Source: Halomicrobium mukohataei DSM 12286 (GTDB taxonomy: Archaea > Halobacteriota > Halobacteria > Halobacteriales > Haloarculaceae). From it: DNA of 32,000 bases. A program made the position numbers and the translations under genes. The stretch lies in the NCBI RefSeq assembly GCF_000023965.1, contig NC_013201.1:1-32000 (forward strand), read 5' to 3'. Below the pieces are notes generated by a model that made no database searches, was not told where the DNA came from, and worked only from the letters and a program-made list of their open reading frames with translations. Each line of letters begins with the position of its first letter. Position 1 is the first letter of the stretch. Below, in pieces: positions 1 through 15,656 of the stretch.

Positions 1-58
1 CGGGGTGTGCCATCCGAAAACTATATGTATAAACGTCATAGTTATTCCCACGTCCGCA

Positions 59-1432
59 ATGACAGACCAGAATGCGAGCAGCGATCGGCGACAGCTACTG
101 AAGGCGCTCGGCACGCTCAGTGTCGCAAGTATGGCTGGCTGTATCAGCCAAAGCGGTTCCGACGGGGACGGCTCGGGCGAGAGCGGAGACGGGTCCACCG
201 GTTCGTCCGGGGACGGCTCCACCGAGGAGGGCGGGGAGGCCACACCGGTACCGATGGCCGACTCGTTCAGCTTCTGGGAGCTGAGCAAGACGTGGGGGCC
301 ACACATCGAGCGCTACGAGTCCGAGACCGACGCGACGGTCGAGCACACGAACATGGGTCCGGACGAACTGCTCGACAACCTCCAGACGCGGCTGCTCTCG
401 GGCACCGGTGCGCCCGACGCCGCGATGGTCGAGTACACCTCGCTCAAGCAGGTCGCCAAGACCGGCGGGCTGCGTGACGTCTCCGACTGGATCGACGAGG
501 CCGACATCCGCGACGACTTCACGTCGGGGATCTGGGAGGTCGTCAGCGACGGCGACGCAGTGTACGAGGTCCCCTACGACATCGGACCGGCGACGCTGTT
601 CTACCGCAAGGACATCTGGGACGAACACGGGCTCAGCGACGACATCGAGACCTACGACGAGTTCATCGAGGAGGGCAAGAAGCTCCCCGACGACGTTTCG
701 CTGCTGTCGCTGCCGGGCAGCGGTCTCTCGGTGTTCTGGCGGATGATGTACCGCCAGCTCGGCGGCGTCGAGTTCGACGAGGAAGGGCGGCTCGCGTTCG
801 ACAACGACAAAGCGGTGCAGGCGATGGCCCAGCTCCAGGAACTGGCCGACGCCGGCATCACGGACGACACCGCGAGCTGGAGCCAGCAGTGGTTCGCCGG
901 CTTCAACGAGGGGACCGTCACGGCCTACCTCTCGGGGGCGTGGTTCAGCGGGACCCTGATGTCCTCGATGGACGAGGCGGCGGGCGACTGGCGGGGGATG
1001 AAGATCCCGGCCCTGGAGTCGGGCGGCACCCGTGCGAGCAACATCGGCGGCTCCGGCGTCTGCTTCCCGGACCAGAACGACGAGGCCACGGCACGCCGGG
1101 CCTTCGACTTCGTCGTCAACACGACGACCAACGTCGAGGAGATGGCGAACCTGTTCGCCGAGGAGGGCAACATCAGCGCGTACATGCCCGCGTGGGACGA
1201 CGAGGCCTTCGAGAACCCCCGCGAGTTCTTCGGCGGACAGGCCCTCGGTACGCTGTGGACCGACATCGCCGACGACATTCCGCCGTACCGCTACACGCTC
1301 GACTCGCCGAAGATCATGAACCTGCTCAACCCGCTCCTGCAGGACGTCGTCTACGGTGACCTCGATCCCGAGTCGGCACTGGAGGAGTGGGTCACCCAGT
1401 CCGCCAACGAGACCGGGCGTGAAGTCGCCTAA
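59..1432 (+). CDS. ABC transporter substrate-binding lipoprotein (family-1/CUT1 sugar or oligosaccharide binding), Tat-lipobox signal
   Basis: Within ORF 5..1432, the ATG at 59 gives MTDQNASSDRRQLLKALGTLSVASMAGC (twin-arginine motif plus lipobox Cys). A Ser/Gly/Asp-rich linker typical of haloarchaeal lipoproteins follows. The mature domain is acidic. Two permeases and an ATPase follow with 1-6 nt gaps. Confidence 0.85.
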   Translation: MTDQNASSDRRQLLKALGTLSVASMAGCISQSGSDGDGSGESGDGSTGSSGDGSTEEGGEATPVPMADSFSFWELSKTWGPHIERYESETDATVEHTNMGPDELLDNLQTRLLSGTGAPDAAMVEYTSLKQVAKTGGLRDVSDWIDEADIRDDFTSGIWEVVSDGDAVYEVPYDIGPATLFYRKDIWDEHGLSDDIETYDEFIEEGKKLPDDVSLLSLPGSGLSVFWRMMYRQLGGVEFDEEGRLAFDNDKAVQAMAQLQELADAGITDDTASWSQQWFAGFNEGTVTAYLSGAWFSGTLMSSMDEAAGDWRGMKIPALESGGTRASNIGGSGVCFPDQNDEATARRAFDFVVNTTTNVEEMANLFAEEGNISAYMPAWDDEAFENPREFFGGQALGTLWTDIADDIPPYRYTLDSPKIMNLLNPLLQDVVYGDLDPESALEEWVTQSANETGREVA

Positions 1433-1433
1433 C

Positions 1434-2411
1434 ATGAGCCGTCAGCTGCTCGTTCCGCTGCTCGATCAGGTTCGATTCAAGCGCGAGCAGTTGAAAGACC
1501 GACTCCCGACGCTGCCTGGAACGCCGCTGTTGTTCTTGAGTCCGTTCTTCCTGCTGTTCGGCGTGTTCCTCGCTATTCCGGTGTTCTACACCTTCTACCT
1601 GTCTTTCTTCACGTTCCAGGGCGTCTCGACGGAGGCGCTGTTCGCCATCGACGTCGGCGCGTACCAGATCATGATCCCCGAGATGGCCAACCTCCAGTAC
1701 GTCGGTCTGGACAACTATCGACGCCTGCTCACCGACAGCGTGTTCTACCAGTCGCTGTTGAACACGGCGATCATCTTCGTCGTGCAGGTGCCGTTGATGG
1801 TCGCGCTGGCACTCGGGCTCGCGCTCGTGTTGAACGCCGCCTACACCAGGTACAAGGGCATCTTCAGGAGCCTCCTGTTGCTCCCGGTGTCGGCGAACAC
1901 GGTCGCGTACTCGGCGGTGTTCATCGTGATCGCGGCGGAAGGCGGGATCGCCGACATCGCGCTCGGAGCGATCGGTATCCCGCCGATCGACTGGATCAGC
2001 GACGGCTTCTGGGCGCGGAACCTCGTGGCGTTCATGTCGGTGTGGCGCTGGACGGGGTACAACATGATCATCATCCTCGCCGGACTGCAGACGATCTCGC
2101 CGTCGCTGTACGAGGCCGCAGAGATCGGCGGCGCGACGAAGATCCAGAAGTTCCGCCACATCACGCTACCACAGCTGAAGCCGATCATGCTGTTCGTCTT
2201 CGTGACGACGACGATCGGCGTCTTCAAGAAGTTCGCCGAGCCGATGATCGTCATCAGCTCCGGGGGGCCGATCAACGAGACGCGAACGATCGTCTACTAC
2301 ATCTGGCAGGTGGCGTTCCAGAACCTCGAACTCGGCTACGGGAGCGCGCTGACCGTCGCCCTCGTGGCGATCATCATGACCCTGTCGCTCATCCAATTCA
2401 AGGTGTCCTAA
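1434..2411 (+). CDS. ABC transporter permease (MalF/UgpA-like, CUT1 family)
   Basis: In ORF 1356..2411, the ATG at 1434 lies 1 nt after the upstream stop (taa 1430-1432). The protein has multiple hydrophobic helices and the EAA loop LYEAAEIGGATKIQKFRHITLPQLKP. Confidence 0.85.
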   Translation: MSRQLLVPLLDQVRFKREQLKDRLPTLPGTPLLFLSPFFLLFGVFLAIPVFYTFYLSFFTFQGVSTEALFAIDVGAYQIMIPEMANLQYVGLDNYRRLLTDSVFYQSLLNTAIIFVVQVPLMVALALGLALVLNAAYTRYKGIFRSLLLLPVSANTVAYSAVFIVIAAEGGIADIALGAIGIPPIDWISDGFWARNLVAFMSVWRWTGYNMIIILAGLQTISPSLYEAAEIGGATKIQKFRHITLPQLKPIMLFVFVTTTIGVFKKFAEPMIVISSGGPINETRTIVYYIWQVAFQNLELGYGSALTVALVAIIMTLSLIQFKVS

Positions 2412-2412
2412 G

Positions 2413-3264
2413 ATGCACGAAAAACTCGAAAAGGAGGCGCTGTGGCAGTTCGGCGGCTACGGATTCCTCGTCGCCGTCACGATGGTGATGATGTTTCCCA
2501 TCTACTGGCTCGTCGTCGCCTCGACGCTGCCGCAGTCGGCGATCTTCGCGGGCGGTGCGGGCGAACTGCCACGGCTGATTCCGGGGACGAACTTCCTGGC
2601 GAACGCCGAGGCGCTCGCCGCCCGTCCGGAAGTCGACTTCTACCGGAGCATGCTCAACAGTCTCGTGATCGCCGTCGTCTACACGGGCCTGGCGCTGCTG
2701 TTCTGTTCGATGGGCGGGTTCGCACTGGCGAAGTACGACTTCAAGTACAAGCGGGCGCTGTTCATGGGGATTCTGGGAACGCTGTTGCTCCCGACGAATC
2801 TGCTGGTGATCCCGCTGTTCTTGCTCGTCTCGAACATGGGCCTGTCCAACAGCTACTGGGCCGTGATCCTCCCGTGGGCCGCGTATCCGCTGGGGATCTT
2901 CTTCATGAAACAGGCGATGCAGTCGATCCCGGACTCGCTGCTCGAAGCCGCACGGATGGACGGCGCGTCGGAGTTCCAACTGTACTACCGCGTCGTGCTC
3001 CCGTCGATGAAGTCGTCGCTGGCCGCGCTGGCGGTGATCCTGTTTCTCTTCCAGTGGAACCTCTTCCTGTGGCCCCTCGTAGTGTTGCGCGAAGGGAAGT
3101 ACACGATCCCGGTGGCGATCTCGAAGATCATGAGCAACGACATGATCGCGTACGACCAGCTGATGGTCGCGTCCGCGATGGCGATCGTCCCGATGTTCGT
3201 GGTGTTCATCCTGCTCCAGCGCCACTTCGTAAACGGTATACTCGGCGGAGCAGTCAAGGAGTGA
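2413..3264 (+). CDS. ABC transporter permease (MalG/UgpE-like, CUT1 family)
   Basis: ATG at 2413, 1 nt after the upstream stop. The 283-aa protein is hydrophobic and carries the EAA loop LLEAARMDGASEFQLYYRVVLPSMK. Confidence 0.88.
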   Translation: MHEKLEKEALWQFGGYGFLVAVTMVMMFPIYWLVVASTLPQSAIFAGGAGELPRLIPGTNFLANAEALAARPEVDFYRSMLNSLVIAVVYTGLALLFCSMGGFALAKYDFKYKRALFMGILGTLLLPTNLLVIPLFLLVSNMGLSNSYWAVILPWAAYPLGIFFMKQAMQSIPDSLLEAARMDGASEFQLYYRVVLPSMKSSLAALAVILFLFQWNLFLWPLVVLREGKYTIPVAISKIMSNDMIAYDQLMVASAMAIVPMFVVFILLQRHFVNGILGGAVKE

Positions 3265-3270
3265 TACACG

Positions 3271-4392
3271 ATGACAGCAATAACTCTCGATGGATTGACG
3301 AAGAGCTACGACGCGACTGACATGGACGACATCCCCGACAACGAGATCGTCGCCGTCGAGGACGTCGACCTCGAAATCGAGGACGGCGAGTTCCTCGTCT
3401 TCGTCGGTCCGTCGGGCTGTGGGAAGTCGACGACGCTGCGATGTATCGCCGGCCTCGAAGACGCGACCGGCGGAGAGATCCGGTTCGGCGAGACGGTCGT
3501 CAACGATCTCCGGCCGCGCGACCGCGACGTGGCGATGGTGTTCCAGAACTACGCGCTGTACCCCCACATGACGGTCCGGAAGAACATCAGCTTCGGTCTG
3601 CGCCTCTCGTCGACGCTGACGACGCCGGAGATCGACAGTCGCGTCACCGACGTGGCCGAGATGATGGGGATCGAGGACCTCCTCTCGAAGACGCCGGACG
3701 AGCTATCGGGCGGCCAACAGCAACGCGTCGCGCTCGGGCGTTCGATCGTGCGCGAACCGGGCATCTTCCTGATGGACGAACCGCTCTCGAACCTCGACGC
3801 GAAGCTTCGGGCAGAGATGCGCACCGAGATCCAGGAGCTCCAGAACGACCTCGGCGTGACGACGGTGTACGTCACCCACGACCAGACCGAGGCGATGGCG
3901 ATGGGCGATCGAATCGCCGTGCTGAACGACGGGCTCCTCCAGCAGGTCGCACCGCCCGAAGAGATCTACCGGCGTCCCGCAAACGAGTTCGTCGCCGGCT
4001 TCATCGGGAGCCCGAGCATCAACTTCTTCGACGTGAGCGTCGACGGACAGACGCTGACCGCCCCGAGTGGGTTCAGCTACGAACTCGAAGACCACAGCGT
4101 CGAGGACGACACCGTCCGCCTCGGGATCCGACCGGAAGACCTGACGATCGAAGAGGGTGGGGACGACATGACCGTCACCGTCGTCGAGAAGATGGGCAAC
4201 GAGAACTTCATCTACGGCACCGTCGGCGACGTGGAGGTCGTCGCCCGGACCCCGGTGACCGTTCGCCCAGAGCCCGACCAGCGGGTCGGCATCTCCTTCG
4301 CCGAATCGGCGATGTACCTCTTCGACAGCGAAACCGGTGCGGCGATCAAGACCAAGACCGACGAGATCGAACCGCAGGCGGCGCAGTTCTAA
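3271..4392 (+). CDS. ABC transporter ATP-binding protein (MalK/UgpC-like, with C-terminal regulatory/TOBE-like domain)
   Basis: Walker A GPSGCGKST, signature LSGGQQQRVALGR, Walker B IFLMDEPLSNLD and H-loop YVTHDQ are all present. The ~130-aa C-terminal extension is typical of MalK-type sugar ATPases. Confidence 0.92.
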   Translation: MTAITLDGLTKSYDATDMDDIPDNEIVAVEDVDLEIEDGEFLVFVGPSGCGKSTTLRCIAGLEDATGGEIRFGETVVNDLRPRDRDVAMVFQNYALYPHMTVRKNISFGLRLSSTLTTPEIDSRVTDVAEMMGIEDLLSKTPDELSGGQQQRVALGRSIVREPGIFLMDEPLSNLDAKLRAEMRTEIQELQNDLGVTTVYVTHDQTEAMAMGDRIAVLNDGLLQQVAPPEEIYRRPANEFVAGFIGSPSINFFDVSVDGQTLTAPSGFSYELEDHSVEDDTVRLGIRPEDLTIEEGGDDMTVTVVEKMGNENFIYGTVGDVEVVARTPVTVRPEPDQRVGISFAESAMYLFDSETGAAIKTKTDEIEPQAAQF

Positions 4393-4600
4393 CTCGTCGC
4401 CGCTCGCATTCTCCTTCGAAGTCGACGGTTCGCGCCCGGATCGATCGACGACTGCCAAGCACCAGCGAGTGCTGTGACGCGTAGCCAGCGATCGAAGCCC
4501 GGTAAAAGAGCGCGTGTGTCGCCCACACCGCTGGCGACCGCTGCGAAGTCGCGACCCCTGCGGTCACGAGATCCATCAAAGAGTGACAACTGGCGGCCTC

Positions 4601-4680
4601 ATACGGATTATTGTAGCGATTTACCGGTGATTGTCTACTCCGTGGCGACGATCACCGGTAAGCAACTACAATAAACCGTA

Positions 4681-4681
<1 letters not shown>
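4601..4681. repeat. 81-nt imperfect palindrome (31-nt arms, 19-nt loop) immediately 3' of the GH2 gene
   Basis: Left arm atacggattattgtagcgatttaccggtgat (4601-4631) pairs with right arm atcaccggtaagcaactacaataaaccgtat (4651-4681) at 26 of 31 positions. This includes a perfect ttaccggtgat/atcaccggtaa core. The last base is the first base of the GH2 stop codon on the other strand. Confidence 0.65.
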
Positions 4682-7803
<3,122 letters not shown>

Positions 7804-8009
7804 TCAGCTATTCATTCTTTTGGAAATCGGACTGCAGCGCGGTCTACACCGAAGACACGGCGTGTGAGGTGTGAGGAGTGACAGCCCGTTGTTGCTTGGC
7901 AGAAGTTTTAATATAACGATCTTCAATAACAGGCGTATGCGAAGGATGTGGCAACTGTTCGCAGTAGACAGTAGTGGTGGGGAAACAGCACTCGACGAAC
8001 GGGAGACAG

Positions 8010-11000
8010 ATGTCTGACGGCTGGTCACGCCGCTCGGTGCTCAAGTCCAGTCTGGGACTGTCGCTGGCCGGTGTTTCGCTGTCTGGTACGACCGAGACAG
8101 TGACCGGCGCGAGCGAGTACGAGACGCTCAGACAGCGGTGGGCACAGTTGCTCACCGGTGGCGACTTCGACGAGACACAGTCCGAGTATCAGGATCCGCT
8201 GGCCGAGCTGGACCAGACGGCACAGGACCACTGGGAGACGATGGACACCAGCGCCGACCGTGATCGGCTCTGGTCCGACCTCCCGATCCCGGCGTCGTCC
8301 AGTGCGAGCGCGAGCGAGAGCAACATCACCGACAGCTACGGCCGCCTCCAGGAGATGGCCATGGCCTACGCCACGAACGGGAGTTCACTGGAGAACGATA
8401 GCGCGCTCGTGACAGACGTCGTCGACGGACTCGACTTCCTCTACGATCGGGTCTACAACGAAGACCAGTCTCAGTTTGGCAACTGGTGGCACTGGGAGAT
8501 CGGCTCGCCGATGCGTCTCGTCAGCGTCTGCGCGCTGGTCGGCGACGAACTGTCCTCGACACAGGAGACAAACTACACGAACGCCGTCGGCGCTCACACC
8601 GGAACGCCCTACGAGTACACGGAGTACGACGTGACGAGTGGCGGTGCCAACCGCGTCGACATGTGTATCATCACCGCGCTCCGTGGCGCGATCTCGGGGA
8701 CGGACTCGACGATCGCTCTCGCCCGAGACTGCATCGAAGAGAGCGATATCTTCCAGTACAACACCAGCGGCGGCGGCAACGGACTCTACCGCGACGGATC
8801 TTACGTCTATCACGAGGAGATACCCTACATCGGGTCGTACGGTGCAATCTTGCTCGAAGGGCTCGGTGAACTGTTCACGGTTCTGGACGGGACGACTTGG
8901 GAGATCACGGCCGTCGACCACGACGTGATCTACGACGCCGTCGGTGACGCGGTCGCCCCGTTCATGTACAGAGGGCTGATGATGGACGCGGTCAGCGGCC
9001 GGTCGATCTCGCGAGCAGACCAGACCGACCACGTACGCGGCCACGGCATCACCGCGACCGTCCTTCGGCTGGCGAATACCGCACCGGAACCCTACGCCAG
9101 CGAGTTCCGGTCGCTCGCCAAGGGCTGGATCGAGAACGACACGTGGGACAGTTTCCTGAGCGATGCAGACGTGCCCGACATCGCGAACGCGACGGCGGTC
9201 CTCGACGATTCGACGATCAGTGCCGCCGACGAACCGGTCCGACACGACGTGTTCCACAACATGGACCGGGTCGTACACAACCGCTCGGAGTGGGCCTACA
9301 CGATCAGCATGTGCTCGGAGCGGATCGCTCGCTACGAGGCGATCAACGAGGAGAACCTCCGTGGCTGGTACACCGGTGCCGGGATGACCCAGCTGTACAA
9401 CGACGACCTCGGCCACTACACCGACGGCTACTGGCCCACCGTCGACCCCTACCGGCTCCCCGGAACGACCGTCGACACCCGCGATCGGTCCGCCCTCGAC
9501 GGCACTCACCACCCACGACCGTCGACACAGTGGGTCGGCGGCGCGTCGGTCGACGAGTTCGGGATCGCCGGAATGGAGTTCGACGCCGAGGGCGCATCGC
9601 TCACCGGCAAGAAGTCCTGGCTACTCCTCGACGACACCGTCGTCGCACTCGGAGCCGACATCACCAGCTCCGACGGTCGCCCGATCGAGACCACCGTCGA
9701 GAACCGGAATCTCCACACGGACGGAAGCGAGACGCTCACCGTCGACGAAACCGAGAAGTCCACGACACCGGACTGGTCCGAGACGCTCACCGACGTGTCC
9801 TGGGCGCACCTCGACGGCGTCGGTGGCTACCTGTTCCCGAACCAACCGACCCTCGAAGCCAAACGCGAGGAACGCACCGGTTCCTGGCAGGAGATCAACG
9901 CGGGCGGACCGAGCGAGGCGCTGACCCGCGAGTACCAGACCCTCTGGCTCGACCACGGTGTCGATCCCAGCGCCGAGACGTACGCGTACGCACTGCTCCC
10001 GGGCCACACCGCGTCCGAGACGCGACAGCGGAGTCAGGAGCCCGGCTTCGAGATCGTCGCCAACGACGCCACGGTCCAGGCCGTCACGGTGCCCCGTCTG
10101 GGGTTGACGGCCGCCAACTTCTGGAGTAGCGGTTCGATCACGGTCCCCGGCACCGAGCGAACGCTCTCGGTGAGCGGCCCGGCAGCCGTCGTCGTCAGAC
10201 ACCGAAACGACGAACTCGTGGTCGGCGTCGCCGACCCCTCCCGAACACAGGAGACGGTCACTGTCGAGTACGATCACTACACGGACGGGATCGTCGGTAC
10301 TGACTCGGCGGTCGGTGTCACGCAGTTCCAACCACGCGTCACGATAGAGGTCGCCGTCGGCGGAACTCGCGGTACGACCCACTCGGCGACCTTCGACGCC
10401 CCCGTCACAGAGCTCTCACCGCGTGCAGACACGTTCGTTCGCGACGGCTCGTACGCTGGCGACAACTACGGGTCGTGGTCCTCGTTGGTCGTCAAAGGCG
10501 GTCCGACGGGCTACAGCAGAGAGTCGTATCTCGCGTTCGACCTGGCGTCGGTCGCGGGCGAGGTTCAAGAGGCCATGCTCGACGTGTACGGCGCGGTCAC
10601 CGACGACAACGGCGGAGCGTCCGTCGACTGTACAGTCGCCGCCGTCGACGACGACAGCTGGACGGAGGACGGACTCACCTGGGATACGAAACCCGATCTG
10701 GGCTCGTCGCTGGGCTCTCTGACCGTCACACGGGAACGCCGCTGGTGGCGCGAAGACGTGACGGAGTTCGTACAGACAGCCGCCAGCGGTGACGGAACCG
10801 CCAGCGTCGCGCTTCGGCAACCGAACGACGAGCGCTACGCCAGCTTCGATAGCCGAGAAGCAGACGAGAACCCGCCGTCACTGCGCGTCACGACCAGTCG
10901 CCCCGACACGACGGCACTCACCCCGACAGCAGACACCTTCGTCCGGAACGGGTCGTACTCCGGTGACAACTACGGGTCGTGGTCCTCGCTGGTCGTCAAG

Positions 11001-11405
11001 AACGCGTCGACCGGCTACAGTCGCCAGGGGTACCTCACCTTCGACCTGAGCGCGCTGTCGGGTTCGGTCGACGAGGCCGTTCTCTACCTCTACGGCGCGG
11101 TCACCGACGACAGCGGCGGAGATGCCGTCGACTGTGCGATCAACGCCGTCGACGACGACAGCTGGACGGAGGACGGAGTTACATGGGACACGAAGCCCGA
11201 GGTGGGCTCGGCACTCGGTTCCGTGATCGTCACCCGGACGCCACAGTGGTGGACCGTCGACGTGACCGAGTTCGTCCGATCGGAGGCCAGCAGCGATGGC
11301 GTCGTCAGTCTGGCCGTCCAGCAGCCACAGAGCGGCCTGTACACCGACTTCAACAGCCGGGACGCCGACGAGAAGGTGCCGACGCTTCGGGTGCAGACCT
11401 CGTAG
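8010..11405 (+). CDS. Secreted polysaccharide lyase family 8 (hyaluronate/chondroitin-AC/xanthan lyase-like) with two C-terminal DNRLRE/CBM-like modules
   Basis: The ATG at 8010 gives MSDGWSRRSVLKSSLGLSLAGVSL (Tat signal); ORF 7974..11405 begins at an upstream GTG. PL8-like catalytic signatures are GGANRVDMCI and YRDGSYVYHEEIPYIGSYG (compare the DGSF.QH....Y.G.YG motif). A central beta-sandwich region is followed by two ~168-aa repeats. Confidence 0.8.
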   Translation: MSDGWSRRSVLKSSLGLSLAGVSLSGTTETVTGASEYETLRQRWAQLLTGGDFDETQSEYQDPLAELDQTAQDHWETMDTSADRDRLWSDLPIPASSSASASESNITDSYGRLQEMAMAYATNGSSLENDSALVTDVVDGLDFLYDRVYNEDQSQFGNWWHWEIGSPMRLVSVCALVGDELSSTQETNYTNAVGAHTGTPYEYTEYDVTSGGANRVDMCIITALRGAISGTDSTIALARDCIEESDIFQYNTSGGGNGLYRDGSYVYHEEIPYIGSYGAILLEGLGELFTVLDGTTWEITAVDHDVIYDAVGDAVAPFMYRGLMMDAVSGRSISRADQTDHVRGHGITATVLRLANTAPEPYASEFRSLAKGWIENDTWDSFLSDADVPDIANATAVLDDSTISAADEPVRHDVFHNMDRVVHNRSEWAYTISMCSERIARYEAINEENLRGWYTGAGMTQLYNDDLGHYTDGYWPTVDPYRLPGTTVDTRDRSALDGTHHPRPSTQWVGGASVDEFGIAGMEFDAEGASLTGKKSWLLLDDTVVALGADITSSDGRPIETTVENRNLHTDGSETLTVDETEKSTTPDWSETLTDVSWAHLDGVGGYLFPNQPTLEAKREERTGSWQEINAGGPSEALTREYQTLWLDHGVDPSAETYAYALLPGHTASETRQRSQEPGFEIVANDATVQAVTVPRLGLTAANFWSSGSITVPGTERTLSVSGPAAVVVRHRNDELVVGVADPSRTQETVTVEYDHYTDGIVGTDSAVGVTQFQPRVTIEVAVGGTRGTTHSATFDAPVTELSPRADTFVRDGSYAGDNYGSWSSLVVKGGPTGYSRESYLAFDLASVAGEVQEAMLDVYGAVTDDNGGASVDCTVAAVDDDSWTEDGLTWDTKPDLGSSLGSLTVTRERRWWREDVTEFVQTAASGDGTASVALRQPNDERYASFDSREADENPPSLRVTTSRPDTTALTPTADTFVRNGSYSGDNYGSWSSLVVKNASTGYSRQGYLTFDLSALSGSVDEAVLYLYGAVTDDSGGDAVDCAINAVDDDSWTEDGVTWDTKPEVGSALGSVIVTRTPQWWTVDVTEFVRSEASSDGVVSLAVQQPQSGLYTDFNSRDADEKVPTLRVQTS
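10413..11402 (+). repeat. Tandem duplication of a ~168-aa (~504-nt) DNRLRE/carbohydrate-binding-like module inside the PL8 gene
   Basis: Repeat 1 reads ADTFVRDGSYAGDNYGSWSSLVVK...YLAFDL...DDDSWTEDGLTWDTKP...LRVTTS. Repeat 2 reads ADTFVRNGSYSGDNYGSWSSLVVK...YLTFDL...DDDSWTEDGVTWDTKP...LRVQTS. Nucleotide identity is visible, for example gacaactacgggtcgtggtcctcg at ~10461 and ~10965. Confidence 0.85.
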
Positions 11406-12050
11406 CCGGACGGCGAACTCCTTCATCCACAGTCGGGGACCGTCCTAGCCGCCCACGGCGTGACCAGACCGACGACAGCCGCCGGGATAGACAGTACGAG
11501 TTCAGTTTTGACGACGACAGTCCAGCATGGCTGAACAGTTCGCTGCGAGAACAAGGCCTGTGCCAGAAAACTGCGAGTGAATGTCTCATGACGATCAATG
11601 TTTGCCTATAATGTATAGAATCCCCTATTGTCGAATGTAGTTGTATATCGGACCAGCGAATTTCATTACAGCATTAGTTCTGTAATGCAATCGGGTTATC
11701 CGGTACCCCGTCCGATCGCTGGTAGAACGACCATGGCTCGGCGACCAGAAGCAGACTCTCCGAGTCAGCCACACATACGACGAACCTAGAGAGCTTTTCA
11801 CCAGTCACCAAAGATAGCTGCCATACTAGCCCTGTATTTCAGTGATAAGTGCTCTCCTGCGAGCTTTCAGATACATATCGTAATTTTTGTTCTCTCTATC
11901 GAGAATATGCTAACATATTTGTCTCACTCGAGGCCATATCTGCTGTTCGGACTTTCAAATGGCCACACATAGCTCCCAGCGACGGTCGGTGTCGCCACTG
12001 GCGAATCAGTTCGGCAAAATGCTCACGGTCGTCGGGCAACAGCGATCCGC

Positions 12051-12224
12051 ATGAAGCAATCGGTGATCGACCGGCCGGAGATCGCGTGCGCGCTACTGTG
12101 CGGTGCTGTCGGGTTCGGACTGTACGGCGTCGAAAGCGGCGTGCTGTGGGTCATCGTCGGATACTTCCTCGGCAAGTCCATCGAGAGTCTGTTCTGGACC
12201 CTCACCGGAGGCCTGAGCTCGTAG
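12051..12224 (+). CDS. Possible small (57-aa) two-helix membrane protein, below the ORF-track cutoff
   Basis: Hand translation gives MKQSVIDRPEIACALLCGAVGFGLYGVESGVLWVIVGYFLGKSIESLFWTLTGGLSS, ending at tag 12222-12224. Third codon positions are GC-rich, as in real genes here. There is no homology evidence. Confidence 0.35.
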   Translation: MKQSVIDRPEIACALLCGAVGFGLYGVESGVLWVIVGYFLGKSIESLFWTLTGGLSS

Positions 12225-12467
12225 GCCACATCTACGCAGCGACCCGCGACGGACTCACAGGTGTGCGAATCGAAGCGATCGGAGACGACACGCACGACCA
12301 GCGACCCACTTTTTGCACGCGTCGAAGCGCCGTCGCGCCCGGTAGTCCTCGTCGCGATCACCGACCTGACCGAAGTGATACCGACGTGGTCCACACACAG
12401 CTACACCGACAGTTACCGAACGGAACGATGTCGCTCGAAGCGAGCACTGCCGCTGTCGATCGACATG

Positions 12468-12498
12468 AAAAAAGCCCACAGCCACGATGGCTGCGGGC
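12468..12498 (-). terminator. Hairpin plus oligo-U terminator candidate for the rRNA operon
   Basis: The minus strand reads GCCCGCAGCC-AUCGU-GGCUGUGGGC followed by UUUUUU. It starts 15 nt downstream of the 5S 3' end. Confidence 0.5.
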
Positions 12499-12512
12499 TC
12501 TGTAGTATGAAT

Positions 12513-12634
12513 GGCAGGCGGCGAACCGGCTTTCCCAGGGGTTCGCACACCCCAGTACTCACCGCAACGCTGGCAGGCTTAACGTCCGTGTTCGGGATGG
12601 GTACGGGTGTTTCCCTGCCGCTATGGCCGCCTTT
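12513..12634 (-). rRNA. rrf: 5S ribosomal RNA
   Basis: The reverse complement aligns by eye along its length with haloarchaeal 5S, for example ...ccatcccgaacacgga...gggaaagccggttcgccgcc. Length is 122 nt, and it lies downstream of 23S on the same strand. Confidence 0.9.
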
Positions 12635-12740
12635 ACGCCGAGTCGTGGAATCGAACCACGAGGATACCTGTCTCGGTCTCCGCGTCTACGTGCGATCCAG
12701 TGAACGCCTGGACTCGTGCAACGCAATGAGTCACAGTGCA

Positions 12741-15656
<2,916 letters not shown>

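Noticed and set aside
95-1435. Long antisense or out-of-frame ORFs overlapping real genes. Examples: 95..1435 (-), 2398..3567 (-), 2442..3320 (+), 3441..4484 (+), 18657..20231 (+), 21477..22958 (-), 27040..28446 (-), 26284..27258 (+).
   Set aside because: Their translations are Arg/Pro/Gly/His-rich low-complexity strings, typical of wrong-frame reading in high-GC DNA. Each overlaps a frame with clear family motifs.
4393-4680. Small ORFs (4346..4579 -, 4389..4589 -, 4474..4674 +) in the convergent gap after the ABC ATPase.
   Set aside because: They are basic, low-complexity translations with no start context or motifs, and one reads through the palindromic element.
11849-12505. 218-aa ORF (+) and 123-aa ORF (12023..12394, -) in the gap before 5S.
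   Set aside because: The composition is not protein-like (Arg/Ser/Cys-rich). The ORFs span the AT-rich island and run into the rRNA terminator. Only the short 57-aa frame at 12051-12224 looks coding.
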